A stretch of 42,877 nucleotides of DNA from a virus. Its lineage: Duplodnaviria; Caudoviricetes. Shown piece by piece: positions 14,759-23,777 of this stretch. Below the pieces are notes generated by a model. That model did no database searches and was not told the origin of the DNA. It saw only the letters and a list, made by a program, of their open reading frames with translations. The position numbers and the translations under genes are program-made. The stretch is taken from positions 1-42,877 of IMG/VR virus record IMGVR_UViG_3300027819_000023; one strand, given 5' to 3'. Position 1 is the first letter of the stretch. Every line of letters starts with the position of its first letter.

Positions 14759-16386
14759 TGGGATTACCATATTTTTATTGGTATTATAATTACGGGAATT
14801 ACATGAGGCTGGAGAATGATACATCAACTCCAAAGACATACACGGTGTATATCTATTTTTACACAGGGGACGATAAGAATACTTATGATTTAACATTAGA
14901 TGATGGGACTAAAAAAAGCGTCTCTATATCGAAAAGCGTAAAAAAGGTTTTCGGCATTAATACCGCCACTGGAGATATAAACACAGGCGACAATTTCAGT
15001 ATTTCCGAAAATGCCTTAGATACATTGTGGGAATTAGATAGTGTTAAAATCACGATGGCTCAATATGCAGCTAAAATATGGGAACATTTATTACAATTTA
15101 CCATATTTGATGCAGATTGGGGGCTGAATTTTGTTCCTGAAAATGGTGATACCTCAGCATACAGAACATTTACCAAATCAAGCGATGTAATTACTTCGGA
15201 TTATACAGGCAATATTTATATTTATAATCCTTATGCCGGGCTGGGTATTAATGGAGTTTATCGGGGATACCCAAATACGCAAATAGGGAAAACATTTTAT
15301 ATTAATTCAGTATTGCTTAAACATTCAGATAATGGCGGTAAGGAATCCGGCGTTGGCGATATAGGGAAGTTTTACAGTGGTGGATATTACAATATAAGAG
15401 AAGTAATATTACATGAATTTGCCCATTGTTTAGGATGGGGACATCCATTTGACAGTAATGGTTACAGCGGTATCCCGATAGCACAATCTAAAAGCTTTAA
15501 TACGAATTACAATTCCTATTTTACATTTGGAAACCTTAGTCGTATGCAAATGCCAGCATACAAAGGATTTATACATCCAGGTGGTGTTACCGAAGGAACC
15601 CTGAACACACTAGATATTATTTATAACAACACAACCACTTCAGCGATAATCAATGGAAGTATAACTGGTAATAATACCACGGTAAACAATAGATTTAAAG
15701 ATGGCTTTGGAGTTGCTTATTTAATAGATGGACACAAAAAAGAGTGCATGTATTCATCCCCTATTGACAGGAATGGTGATTTTAAATTTAGACTAAGAAT
15801 TATACCACCTTCAACGGTTAATTATTATGTTTTAATAACATCGGCAGAATTTAATACCCATTTTGTACAGCAAGAGAAAAAGGGAAAAACAAATGTATTG
15901 CGTCCCATAAAAAGAAGAGACGATAATACATTTGAAACTATTCTGGATACTGATAATTTTGATGGATACGCATTTGAAGAATACGGTAAAATTTATTATG
16001 CTACAAAAAACATTGGAGCGATCGCTACAGGGACAACAACAATAACAATTAATCCTACTACCGGCTCTTCTGGTGATGGTTATTCAGCAGACACCGTATT
16101 AGAATTGGAGGGCTTGATTTCTAGTTATGTTAATTATACAGGTGCAAATACCTTCTCTGTTACTAAGCTATCGGGAAAATATTATTTATGCGCAAAGACC
16201 CATACTTCTAAGACTGGAGACAATGGGAACAAACCCAAAATAGGTAAGAAATGGAAAAAATATTGGGTAAAAAGTCCGAGTAAATATGAATCCGATGCCA
16301 CAGAATGGAAAAAAGACACAAAATATTATGGTGATTTTAGTTATTCTGAGGATAGTAAGAAAAAACTAGGTTGCATGTCAGATTAA
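14758..16386 (+). CDS. Metzincin-type zinc metalloprotease with C-terminal accessory domains
   Basis: HEFAHCLGWGH (HExxHxxGxxH) and a candidate Met-turn SRMQMP. Confidence 0.8.
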   Translation: MGLPYFYWYYNYGNYMRLENDTSTPKTYTVYIYFYTGDDKNTYDLTLDDGTKKSVSISKSVKKVFGINTATGDINTGDNFSISENALDTLWELDSVKITMAQYAAKIWEHLLQFTIFDADWGLNFVPENGDTSAYRTFTKSSDVITSDYTGNIYIYNPYAGLGINGVYRGYPNTQIGKTFYINSVLLKHSDNGGKESGVGDIGKFYSGGYYNIREVILHEFAHCLGWGHPFDSNGYSGIPIAQSKSFNTNYNSYFTFGNLSRMQMPAYKGFIHPGGVTEGTLNTLDIIYNNTTTSAIINGSITGNNTTVNNRFKDGFGVAYLIDGHKKECMYSSPIDRNGDFKFRLRIIPPSTVNYYVLITSAEFNTHFVQQEKKGKTNVLRPIKRRDDNTFETILDTDNFDGYAFEEYGKIYYATKNIGAIATGTTTITINPTTGSSGDGYSADTVLELEGLISSYVNYTGANTFSVTKLSGKYYLCAKTHTSKTGDNGNKPKIGKKWKKYWVKSPSKYESDATEWKKDTKYYGDFSYSEDSKKKLGCMSD

Positions 16387-16397
16387 ATAATTAATAC

Positions 16398-16426
16398 TTG
16401 ACAATCTATAATATTTATGTTATAGG
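16398..16426 (+). promoter_or_regulatory. Possible sigma70 promoter
   Basis: TTGACA-17 nt-TATAGG with extended TG; an internal TATAAT is an alternative -10. Confidence 0.45.
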
Positions 16427-16434
16427 CAATAGCA

Positions 16435-16980
16435 ATGAAAATAACAAATAGTCTCTCTACATGGTTGGCAATTGCAGGAATGCTTCCAATGGGGGTTGGT
16501 GGCATTGCTAAAGGTGTTGATATTCTAAGGTATGATTTTTTAGGCAAAGCACACAATGAAGAAGAAGTCTATGTAAGGCATATGACCTCAGACCATCTCC
16601 TCGATAACGAACATGCCCAAACAACAAAAATCCCAGTAACAGATGGTGTAATCATAGTCAATGTATTCCCTGATAAATGCGTTGTGGTCAAGCGCAAGAC
16701 AAGCGATGGGATGGTAACGGCAATGAAGGTGTTGCCTGACCCTGAGAAGGCTGAGAAGATTAAAGAGATATACTCTGATTGCTCTAATGGTGTGGCTTAC
16801 GCAATGGCTGCCCCGTTTGATTTCGGCGCACATAAACAAGATTGTGACTATAAAGAAGAAAAACAAGGGGTAGCCATTGTTAGGTCTTACGGTGATGGAT
16901 GTGTCTTGAGATACGAGTTTGATAAATATGGAAATAGCAAGAACTGGGTTTGGGTAAAATATAAACATAATGCAAACTGA
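16435..16980 (+). CDS. Membrane-anchored/exported protein with C-terminal DGC domain (paralogue A)
   Basis: Hydrophobic N-terminus; C-terminal ~50 aa align with ORFs at 22006 and 23778. Confidence 0.7.
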   Translation: MKITNSLSTWLAIAGMLPMGVGGIAKGVDILRYDFLGKAHNEEEVYVRHMTSDHLLDNEHAQTTKIPVTDGVIIVNVFPDKCVVVKRKTSDGMVTAMKVLPDPEKAEKIKEIYSDCSNGVAYAMAAPFDFGAHKQDCDYKEEKQGVAIVRSYGDGCVLRYEFDKYGNSKNWVWVKYKHNAN

Positions 16981-18595
16981 AACATTAAACGCTAAAGCAC
17001 AGGAGAAAGAAACCCAACGGGCATTGCTATGGCGCGAGGATTATGTTGTTTGGACAAGAGATTATTTTGGTAGAAATATTGCAAACAAAGCCTTGTCAGA
17101 AGGTATGAATATTACTACTAAAACAGGACTTGGAATACAACAAGAACAAGCATTCAAAGAAGTAGACAAACTTATAATGGCAAGATTGAAAAAACTTGCC
17201 CAAACCCAAAGACCAGAATTAAATATAAAACTCACCGAACAAGATGAACTATATCTTAAAAAAATCGGAGTGTCAATAATGGCCGGACGTGGAGTAGGGA
17301 AAGATTTTTGGCTTGCTGTGCTTGCTGCCAGACTGCTTTCAATATTTCCTGATTGTCGTATAGTTGTTACTGCTAATACTGATACTCAGCTTAAAAATGT
17401 ATTTTGGTCAAGATTTAAAACGGTTGCAAATCTTGCTTTAAAATATTCTGATGAAGACAATGAAACAATCTTTACTAAAATGTTTGAAATACAAAGTGAA
17501 AAATGCTTCTGTAAAGATACCGAAGCGCATCCCGAATGGTTTATGGAAGCAATCGTATCGAGAAAACAACCCGCAGGAAGTGACGCTGGAAATGCAGCAA
17601 TAAGCGGAAGACACGGGAAATATCTTTTCTTTTTCATAGATGAAGGTTCTCACGTAGAAGACTATGTATTTAAAGATTTCGAGGAAACAATGACTGGCGC
17701 TGTAAATTTAATGTTTATAGTTTTCAATCCAAAGCGCACGAGAGGATATGCAATAGATACTCAATATAAAGACAAAGATAGATGGGTTGCCTTGAGATGG
17801 AATGCAGAGGAATCTGAAATTATAACAAATAAAGATAAACATAAAGAAATTGAAGATAAATATGGTGGTAAAAATTCAAATCCCTATAGAATTTCAGTTT
17901 TAGGACTCCCCCCTCTTGCCGACACAGATACCTTAATTCCTGCTGATTGGATTGAAGATGCAAAGACTAGAGAAATAGCATATACCGATGATGATCCATT
18001 AATAAAATCATTTGACGTTGGTGGTGGCGGCGATCCTTCTGTTATTGGTTCAAGGCGTGGTTATAATTTCAAAGATTTTGGCTTTGATGTTAATAAAGAA
18101 AACGATAGTAATAAAGTTACTCAATGGGCAAGAACTAATTTCTTAAAAGACGAAGCCGATGCAATGGTTGGCGATGTTGGGAATCTTGGGTGGGCAGTTA
18201 TTGGTAGTTTAAGAAAAGATTTAGGATGGAGAATTGTCCCTTACGATAGCAGAAATACGGCCATAAGAAGTGACTTATATTATAACAAAAGGGCTGAAGA
18301 TTATTTTAAATTAAGAGATATTTTCCAAGACAAATTAATATCAATACCGGATGACGATGAATTGACAAATGAATTATTGGCATTGCAATCATGTGAAAAA
18401 AATGGTAAAAGAGCCATAATTGATAAGAAACTTATCAGAAAAGCATTGGGCGGAGAGAGCACGAATAAATCCGATGTGTTGGCTATGAGTGTTTCAGTAG
18501 ACGATGATGATTTCAGAAAGAATACAAGACAAGACGAAGATGATGAAGATGCCTATTGTGTTGCTACGATAAGAAATCCAATTACGGGATATTAA
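16970..18595 (+). CDS. terL: Terminase large subunit
   Basis: Walker A AGRGVGKD, Walker B FFIDEG, FNP coupling motif, RNase H-like DVGGGGD, NKRAE, terminal SD.LA. Confidence 0.95.
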   Translation: MQTETLNAKAQEKETQRALLWREDYVVWTRDYFGRNIANKALSEGMNITTKTGLGIQQEQAFKEVDKLIMARLKKLAQTQRPELNIKLTEQDELYLKKIGVSIMAGRGVGKDFWLAVLAARLLSIFPDCRIVVTANTDTQLKNVFWSRFKTVANLALKYSDEDNETIFTKMFEIQSEKCFCKDTEAHPEWFMEAIVSRKQPAGSDAGNAAISGRHGKYLFFFIDEGSHVEDYVFKDFEETMTGAVNLMFIVFNPKRTRGYAIDTQYKDKDRWVALRWNAEESEIITNKDKHKEIEDKYGGKNSNPYRISVLGLPPLADTDTLIPADWIEDAKTREIAYTDDDPLIKSFDVGGGGDPSVIGSRRGYNFKDFGFDVNKENDSNKVTQWARTNFLKDEADAMVGDVGNLGWAVIGSLRKDLGWRIVPYDSRNTAIRSDLYYNKRAEDYFKLRDIFQDKLISIPDDDELTNELLALQSCEKNGKRAIIDKKLIRKALGGESTNKSDVLAMSVSVDDDDFRKNTRQDEDDEDAYCVATIRNPITGY

Positions 18596-18596
18596 A

Positions 18597-18758
18597 ATGA
18601 ATACTAGAATTGTAATTCCAATTGGTGCTATATTTTTAGTTATAATAATTGCGTTTTTTATTTGGAAAGTAGAACGGAAAATTAATTATAAAATAGGGTA
18701 TAAGAAAATGGTGGAACAAACAATATTGGAAATGGTTAAAAAAGAGGCATTAAAATAA
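18597..18758 (+). CDS. Small membrane protein (53 aa)
   Basis: MNTRIVIPIGAIFLVIIIAFFIWKVERK... Confidence 0.6.
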   Translation: MNTRIVIPIGAIFLVIIIAFFIWKVERKINYKIGYKKMVEQTILEMVKKEALK

Positions 18759-18926
18759 ACCAGGAGAAATAAATGAAAAGGAATATACAGCTTTTGGAGA
18801 AGTGGAAATTCGTTTAGAACTAGAAGGCAAAGGAATTGTATTATATATTACTGATAAAACTCTAATAGAATGTCTCGAAATTAGAAAAGTAGTAAATTTA
18901 AACGAAATATCATAAGGAGAATTAAT

Positions 18927-19106
18927 ATGACAAATTTCCCGTGGAAAGATTGGGGTAGGGAATTTGAAGATTGGTTTGAAGAGAATTACAAAAACAGAAT
19001 AAGTAATTATCCAAATACTATAAAATATATTATAAAGGACATCGCCAGAGATGCCTGGAATAAGGGTATTTTAGTAAGTCATGGTTTAGATAAAGTTGAA
19101 AAATAA
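18927..19106 (+). CDS. Hypothetical protein (59 aa)
   Basis: AAGGAG RBS; MTNFPWKDWGREFEDWF...; abuts the portal start. Confidence 0.6.
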   Translation: MTNFPWKDWGREFEDWFEENYKNRISNYPNTIKYIIKDIARDAWNKGILVSHGLDKVEK

Positions 19107-21044
19107 ATGCAAATAGACTTAAACAAAATAGATAAAGACGAACTTAAAAAAATCGGAACTCTTGTTAAAGAAGATTTTGACAAGGACGTTGAATCACGTT
19201 CCGAGTGGATAAAAAATGGCGCTGAATGGTTTAAACTATTTACCGGATTCAGGGCAAAGAAAACATTTCCGTGGGAAGATTGTGCAAATGTGCATATACC
19301 GTTGCTGGGCACATCTATCTTACAATATCAGGCCAGGGCTTACGATGCCCTATTTGCTGCGCGGGAAATAGCAAAAATGTTTTCTACCGATGGGAAATCA
19401 GTAGACTCATGTAAAAGAGGTTCTAAATATCTGAATTATCAATTAACCGAAGAGATGGAAGAATGGCCTGAAGAATCAGATAATTTGTTAGTTTTGCAGC
19501 CTATTTATGGTGTTGCTGTAAGAAAGACATATTACGATGCCGTTATTGGACGTATTACAAGTAGACTTCTGAGTGTTTCATCATTCGTTGCTCCTTACAG
19601 ATGTCGCCGATTAGAAGATGCGTTAAGGAAAACACATTGTTTTACTTTATCATTAAACGAAGTAAATAAAAGAATAGAACTTGGTATTTATAATAAAGAT
19701 GCAGAGGATTTAAAGGCTACAGATACGGATGAATCCAATATATTTTCCAAAATTACTGATAGTGTGGATAAGGCAACCGGAGAAACAAAACCCGCCGAAT
19801 CTGAAGATACAATCTTTATTTTAGAACAACATAGGTTGTTAAATTTAGGCAAAGGAAAGACTAAACAACCTTATATTGTAACGGTGGAATACGATACCGG
19901 AACAGTGCTTTCTATCGTTGAACGTTTTTACGAAGACCCACTAACAAAAGAAACAGAAACATTTGAATATTTCACAGCATATCCCTTTATTCCTAACCCT
20001 GAATCCTGGTGTGGATTTGGTTTTGGGGCAATGATGCAGGGGCTGAATGAGGCTGCTAATACAATCTTGAATCAGCTTATAGATTCTGGTACATTAGCCA
20101 ATGTGCTTGCTATGAGTGGCTTTATTAATAAGCGTAGTGGATTAAAGAAGGGGCAATTAAGAGCAAAATTAGGGGAGTTTGTTGAAGTAGATGCAACGTC
20201 TGCTGATTTTGCAAAAGATATATTCCAATTTAAAGCCGAGCCGCCTTCCGCAGTGTTATTCACTGTTCTTGGATTATTACAGCAATATTCAAAAGAAATA
20301 AGTTCTGTGTCTGACTCCCTTCTTGGTAAATTACCACCTTCAGACACCACAGCCACGACTATGCTTGCTGTAATGGAACAAGGCATGAAAGTATTCTCTG
20401 TCATTCACAAACGCAATCACAGATCGTTTAAAAAGGAATTAAAGAAAATAGCCATACTTAACAGTATGCACTTAGATGAAAAAGTATATTTCTATGTGCA
20501 GGATTCCACTGCTGACGAAGTCCAATATGAATTTTCCGGCAAAGTAGACTTTATGAATAAGTATGATGTTATCCCGGTAAGCGATCCTAGTATAACATCC
20601 CGCGCAGAGAAACTTATAAAAGCAAAAACTGCTTATGAAATTGCAATTGCAAATCCATTATTAAGTCAAGATAAAATGGTTTTATGGCAAGTAACCAAGA
20701 AACTATTTGAAGCAAATGAAATATTCGATATACAAATACCTAAACCACAGCCGCAAGAACAACCCGACATGACCCCGGAAGAAGAGCACGCGAGTATTCT
20801 CATGGAAAAGGGCGTACATGCCTTGCCAGAACAAGATCATTTACAACACATGGATGCACATCAGTCATTTATGGAAAGTGTCTGGTATGAACAATTAACG
20901 CCTCATGGTAAGAAGTTGCTAGAAGAACATAATCGCGAACATCTTTCGATGCAGTATCTAAAAGAAAATCAACAAATGGAAGAAGGTATGAATGGAGCCG
21001 AGCAAGGAAGAATGGCAGGAATGGCTATGCAGCCCATGCAGTAA
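19107..21044 (+). CDS. Portal protein (P22-like)
   Basis: 645 aa after TerL; PWEDCANVHIP, YLNYQL, YPFIPNP..GFG, NQLIDSGTL, TATT motifs; Q/M-rich tail. Confidence 0.9.
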   Translation: MQIDLNKIDKDELKKIGTLVKEDFDKDVESRSEWIKNGAEWFKLFTGFRAKKTFPWEDCANVHIPLLGTSILQYQARAYDALFAAREIAKMFSTDGKSVDSCKRGSKYLNYQLTEEMEEWPEESDNLLVLQPIYGVAVRKTYYDAVIGRITSRLLSVSSFVAPYRCRRLEDALRKTHCFTLSLNEVNKRIELGIYNKDAEDLKATDTDESNIFSKITDSVDKATGETKPAESEDTIFILEQHRLLNLGKGKTKQPYIVTVEYDTGTVLSIVERFYEDPLTKETETFEYFTAYPFIPNPESWCGFGFGAMMQGLNEAANTILNQLIDSGTLANVLAMSGFINKRSGLKKGQLRAKLGEFVEVDATSADFAKDIFQFKAEPPSAVLFTVLGLLQQYSKEISSVSDSLLGKLPPSDTTATTMLAVMEQGMKVFSVIHKRNHRSFKKELKKIAILNSMHLDEKVYFYVQDSTADEVQYEFSGKVDFMNKYDVIPVSDPSITSRAEKLIKAKTAYEIAIANPLLSQDKMVLWQVTKKLFEANEIFDIQIPKPQPQEQPDMTPEEEHASILMEKGVHALPEQDHLQHMDAHQSFMESVWYEQLTPHGKKLLEEHNREHLSMQYLKENQQMEEGMNGAEQGRMAGMAMQPMQ

Positions 21045-21189
21045 ACAATTCCTGATTGAACTTGAAAGCGAAAAGCAAAGACAATTAGAAGTAACAGTGT
21101 ATGGCAAAAAGGAAGATTTTGAGTCAGGACGGGGACGTATCCTCGAGATTGACTATGTTATTGATTTGATAAAAGAGAAAGGAGAATAA
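20992..21189 (+). CDS. Small helical protein following the portal
   Basis: 65 aa, EWQEWL.SP and GRI motifs; typical position. Confidence 0.6.
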   Translation: MEPSKEEWQEWLCSPCSKQFLIELESEKQRQLEVTVYGKKEDFESGRGRILEIDYVIDLIKEKGE

Positions 21190-21407
21190 TGGAAAATAGT
21201 ACAAATATACCAATTGGATTTTTTATATTACTTGGATTTACAATTTTCCAATTAGTAAGGTTATATTTAATTTCAAAAGATGAAATTGTTAGATGTTTTT
21301 GTATGGTATTTTTAAGGAAAAGGTATAAGGAAATATATCAACAACCAATAAATAAACTTTTAGAACCAGGATTAAATAACATTTATTTTAATGATGATTC
21401 ACGATAG
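21189..21407 (+). CDS. Small membrane protein
   Basis: N-terminal TM, GGAG RBS. Confidence 0.55.
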   Translation: MENSTNIPIGFFILLGFTIFQLVRLYLISKDEIVRCFCMVFLRKRYKEIYQQPINKLLEPGLNNIYFNDDSR

Positions 21408-21484
21408 AATAGCTTCAACCCGGCAAGAAAATAACCTTCCATTTGTGGTAGATAGTATTTGTCTTGTTGGGAAGCTATTCTATC
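21403..21484 (+). promoter_or_regulatory. Long hairpin (RNase III-like substrate or small RNA)
   Basis: Perfect 14-bp IR GATAGAATAGCTTC/GAAGCTATTCTATC plus inner CCGGCAAGA/TCTTGTTGG. Confidence 0.6.
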
Positions 21485-21733
21485 TAATTACAAATAGAAT
21501 AGGAGAATAAAAATTAATGTGGATTGCCTGGTTTTACCAATTACAGGAAATGCAAGATAGACATATTGATACTAAACACATAAAGGAAAAGGAGAATAAA
21601 CAAATATGAAGCGTATAAGAGAATTAAAAGGTGGGAATATAAATGATGGTAAAAAATATGAGCCGATTTATAATGGCGATATTAAAAATCCTGTTACAAT
21701 AGTTACAAAACCAAGAAAATTAAAGGAGAATAA

Positions 21734-22003
21734 ATGTTAGATATTGAACCGTTGTTCAGTAGGATTATTGCAAAGCGTGTCGAAGTGGACAAGATAGGCT
21801 CAATTTATGTGCCCGAAACTGCAAATTCTATGAAGGCAACAGAGGGCGAGGTTATGGCCATTGGCGATGAAGTATCAGCCGTTAAAGTTGGGGATAAAAT
21901 CTTCTGGGGTAAATATTCAGGTGCGGAAATTGAAAGGAATAAACAGAAGTATATAATTATGTGTGAGGATGATATTTTGGGTATTATCAAAAAGGGGAAA
22001 TAA
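21734..22003 (+). CDS. groES: Co-chaperonin GroES (Cpn10)
   Basis: IEPLFSRII, GSIYVPE, GEVMAIG, VKVGDKI, KYSGAEI, EDDILGII. Confidence 0.95.
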   Translation: MLDIEPLFSRIIAKRVEVDKIGSIYVPETANSMKATEGEVMAIGDEVSAVKVGDKIFWGKYSGAEIERNKQKYIIMCEDDILGIIKKGK

Positions 22004-22005
22004 TT

Positions 22006-22275
22006 ATGGGAAAGAAAAAAGTTACGCATACTCAAGATATATTATTTTATGAAGGTAATGTCCCTCGTAATTTAACTGTAAAATCATTCAAAAATCCACT
22101 ACCTCATATCATGGTATTTGATATTGGATTTCACAAAGACGATAAAGGCTACGTTGAATTTAAAAAGGGAGGCAGAGAGGTTGCCAGGAAATACAAAGAC
22201 GGCTGCAAGCTTAATTACATGATCGAAGTTGATGGTAAGTCCTCTGGTTGGAAATGGGTTAAATATAATCATTAA
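22006..22275 (+). CDS. DGC-domain protein (paralogue B)
   Basis: FDIGFHKDD..Y...YKDGCKLNY...WVKYNH. Confidence 0.7.
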   Translation: MGKKKVTHTQDILFYEGNVPRNLTVKSFKNPLPHIMVFDIGFHKDDKGYVEFKKGGREVARKYKDGCKLNYMIEVDGKSSGWKWVKYNH

Positions 22276-22278
22276 ATT

Positions 22279-22506
22279 ATGAACGACTTAGAAAAAACAG
22301 AATTGAGTTGTGCTGCATTTGAGTTCTTTTGGTCTGCCACGCCTGAAGAAATACAATCGCTTGGATGGAGAATTGGAGAGAAGTATGATTCATGTTTTCA
22401 AGATGATTTTATAAGGATAATTATTAAACCCTTTGTTCAAGGTATTGCAAGTGGTGCTTACTGTAACTTTGATAATCCAGTAAGTATAAAAATAGACAAT
22501 GGATGA
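22279..22506 (+). CDS. Hypothetical protein
   Basis: 75-aa ORF in operon. Confidence 0.5.
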   Translation: MNDLEKTELSCAAFEFFWSATPEEIQSLGWRIGEKYDSCFQDDFIRIIIKPFVQGIASGAYCNFDNPVSIKIDNG

Positions 22507-22963
22507 AAACAAGAAAATCATCGAATTAAATAAGATTCTCCTTGTACCTAAATGGATTAGTAATGTATTGTCTTTTGCTCAAAAGTATCCATGTCTAGTC
22601 ACAAGAAATAAAATATTGAATGAACTTATTTCAGGAGAATTTAATAGAGATAAATTTAAAAAAGCATTGGATATTTCAAAAACTACTGGCTCTGCAACGG
22701 AAATGGAACGCCGCCAGAAATTATTTGACGAAATAAGTATTATTATTAAAGATTGGGGAGAAGTGCCACCGGCAAGGATTGTTTGCGCAAACAGTATTGC
22801 TATATTGATAGAAAATGGATTTGATAAACAAAAAACAACTGTAATTGGATTGCCTGGGGATATGTGGGACGAAAAAACACTTTATATGGATATAGGCTGT
22901 GACTTCCAAAGAGGTGTATATACATTAAAAAATACTTGTATGGGTGGATATGTTGAAATATAA
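22499..22963 (+). CDS. Hypothetical protein
   Basis: 154-aa ORF in operon. Confidence 0.6.
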   Translation: MDENKKIIELNKILLVPKWISNVLSFAQKYPCLVTRNKILNELISGEFNRDKFKKALDISKTTGSATEMERRQKLFDEISIIIKDWGEVPPARIVCANSIAILIENGFDKQKTTVIGLPGDMWDEKTLYMDIGCDFQRGVYTLKNTCMGGYVEI

Positions 22964-22965
22964 AC

Positions 22966-23058
22966 ATGGAAACGATTAAATTATTAAGTCCAATATTTAT
23001 ATGTATAGCTTTTATTTTTGGTATAGGTTTTGTTGCGGGTGCGTGTGTGGATGAATAA
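22966..23058 (+). CDS. Micro membrane peptide (30 aa)
   Basis: METIKLLSPIFICIAFIFGIGFVAGACVDE; fills the gap exactly. Confidence 0.4.
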   Translation: METIKLLSPIFICIAFIFGIGFVAGACVDE

Positions 23059-23060
23059 AT

Positions 23061-23228
23061 ATGGAAAAAGATAAAATAATTCTCGAATTAAATAATAAAG
23101 TTCTTGACTTTCTTAAAGAAAAAGAGTATATCGACGTGAGATTTACAGGGAAAATAATTTCTGAGATAAATTGCCGTAACGGTGGAATTTCAGATGTAAG
23201 TATTTCCCCGAAATTAATATTTAGGTAA
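23061..23228 (+). CDS. Small protein resembling DUF2292/YezD
   Basis: ...FTGKIISEINCRNGGISDV...; own translation, 55 aa. Confidence 0.45.
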   Translation: MEKDKIILELNNKVLDFLKEKEYIDVRFTGKIISEINCRNGGISDVSISPKLIFR

Positions 23229-23378
23229 GTGTGATGTACACAATAAAGAAAATAGAACAACTTTATCAGAAATATTTATTAACACAAAGCGATAGAGATT
23301 ATGATGCAGTATGTCATACATCAAAATTTAAGGCAGAATTGTATATTCCTCCATTTATTGAATATTTAGGTAAGCATT

Positions 23379-23624
23379 ATGAAAACAACAAGGCGTAATT
23401 TCTTAAAGTATTTAGGTGCAATGGCTGGAAGTTTGTTTGCAATACCGGCTTTTTTTAATCCCAAAAAAGTGGACAAATTGCCCCTTTTTGTAGACCAGTC
23501 ATTACCAATGAAATGTGATAAAAGATTAACAGATACCGATGGTTGGTATATTGTTACCGACAAGGGAAAACCAAAAGAAATGTATATGTCTGAAAACCTT
23601 TATGGGAGACATGTAAAAGTATAA
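23379..23624 (+). CDS. Small protein with twin-arginine (Tat) signal
   Basis: TTRRNFLK followed by hydrophobic YLGAMAGSLFAIPA. Confidence 0.7.
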   Translation: MKTTRRNFLKYLGAMAGSLFAIPAFFNPKKVDKLPLFVDQSLPMKCDKRLTDTDGWYIVTDKGKPKEMYMSENLYGRHVKV

Positions 23625-23678
23625 AAACAATAATCGAATAACTAAATTCGCTTAGTTTCTATCTAGTAATAGTATTAG

Positions 23679-23744
23679 AAGCCCGAATTGATGCTTGGTA
23701 TTGCTTGTTTCAGCTACCGATAAGTCATCAATCCGGGCTTTTTT
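23679..23744 (+). terminator. Long-stem intrinsic terminator/attenuator
   Basis: AAGCCCG..ATTGATG / CATCAAT..CGGGCTT followed by a T run. Confidence 0.65.
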
Positions 23745-23777
23745 ATTTTATACGCAAATTTTTTGGGTTATAAATCC

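Noticed and set aside
21179-21736. Recurring (A)GGAGAATAA motif
   Set aside because: Explained as strong ribosome-binding sites of successive small genes
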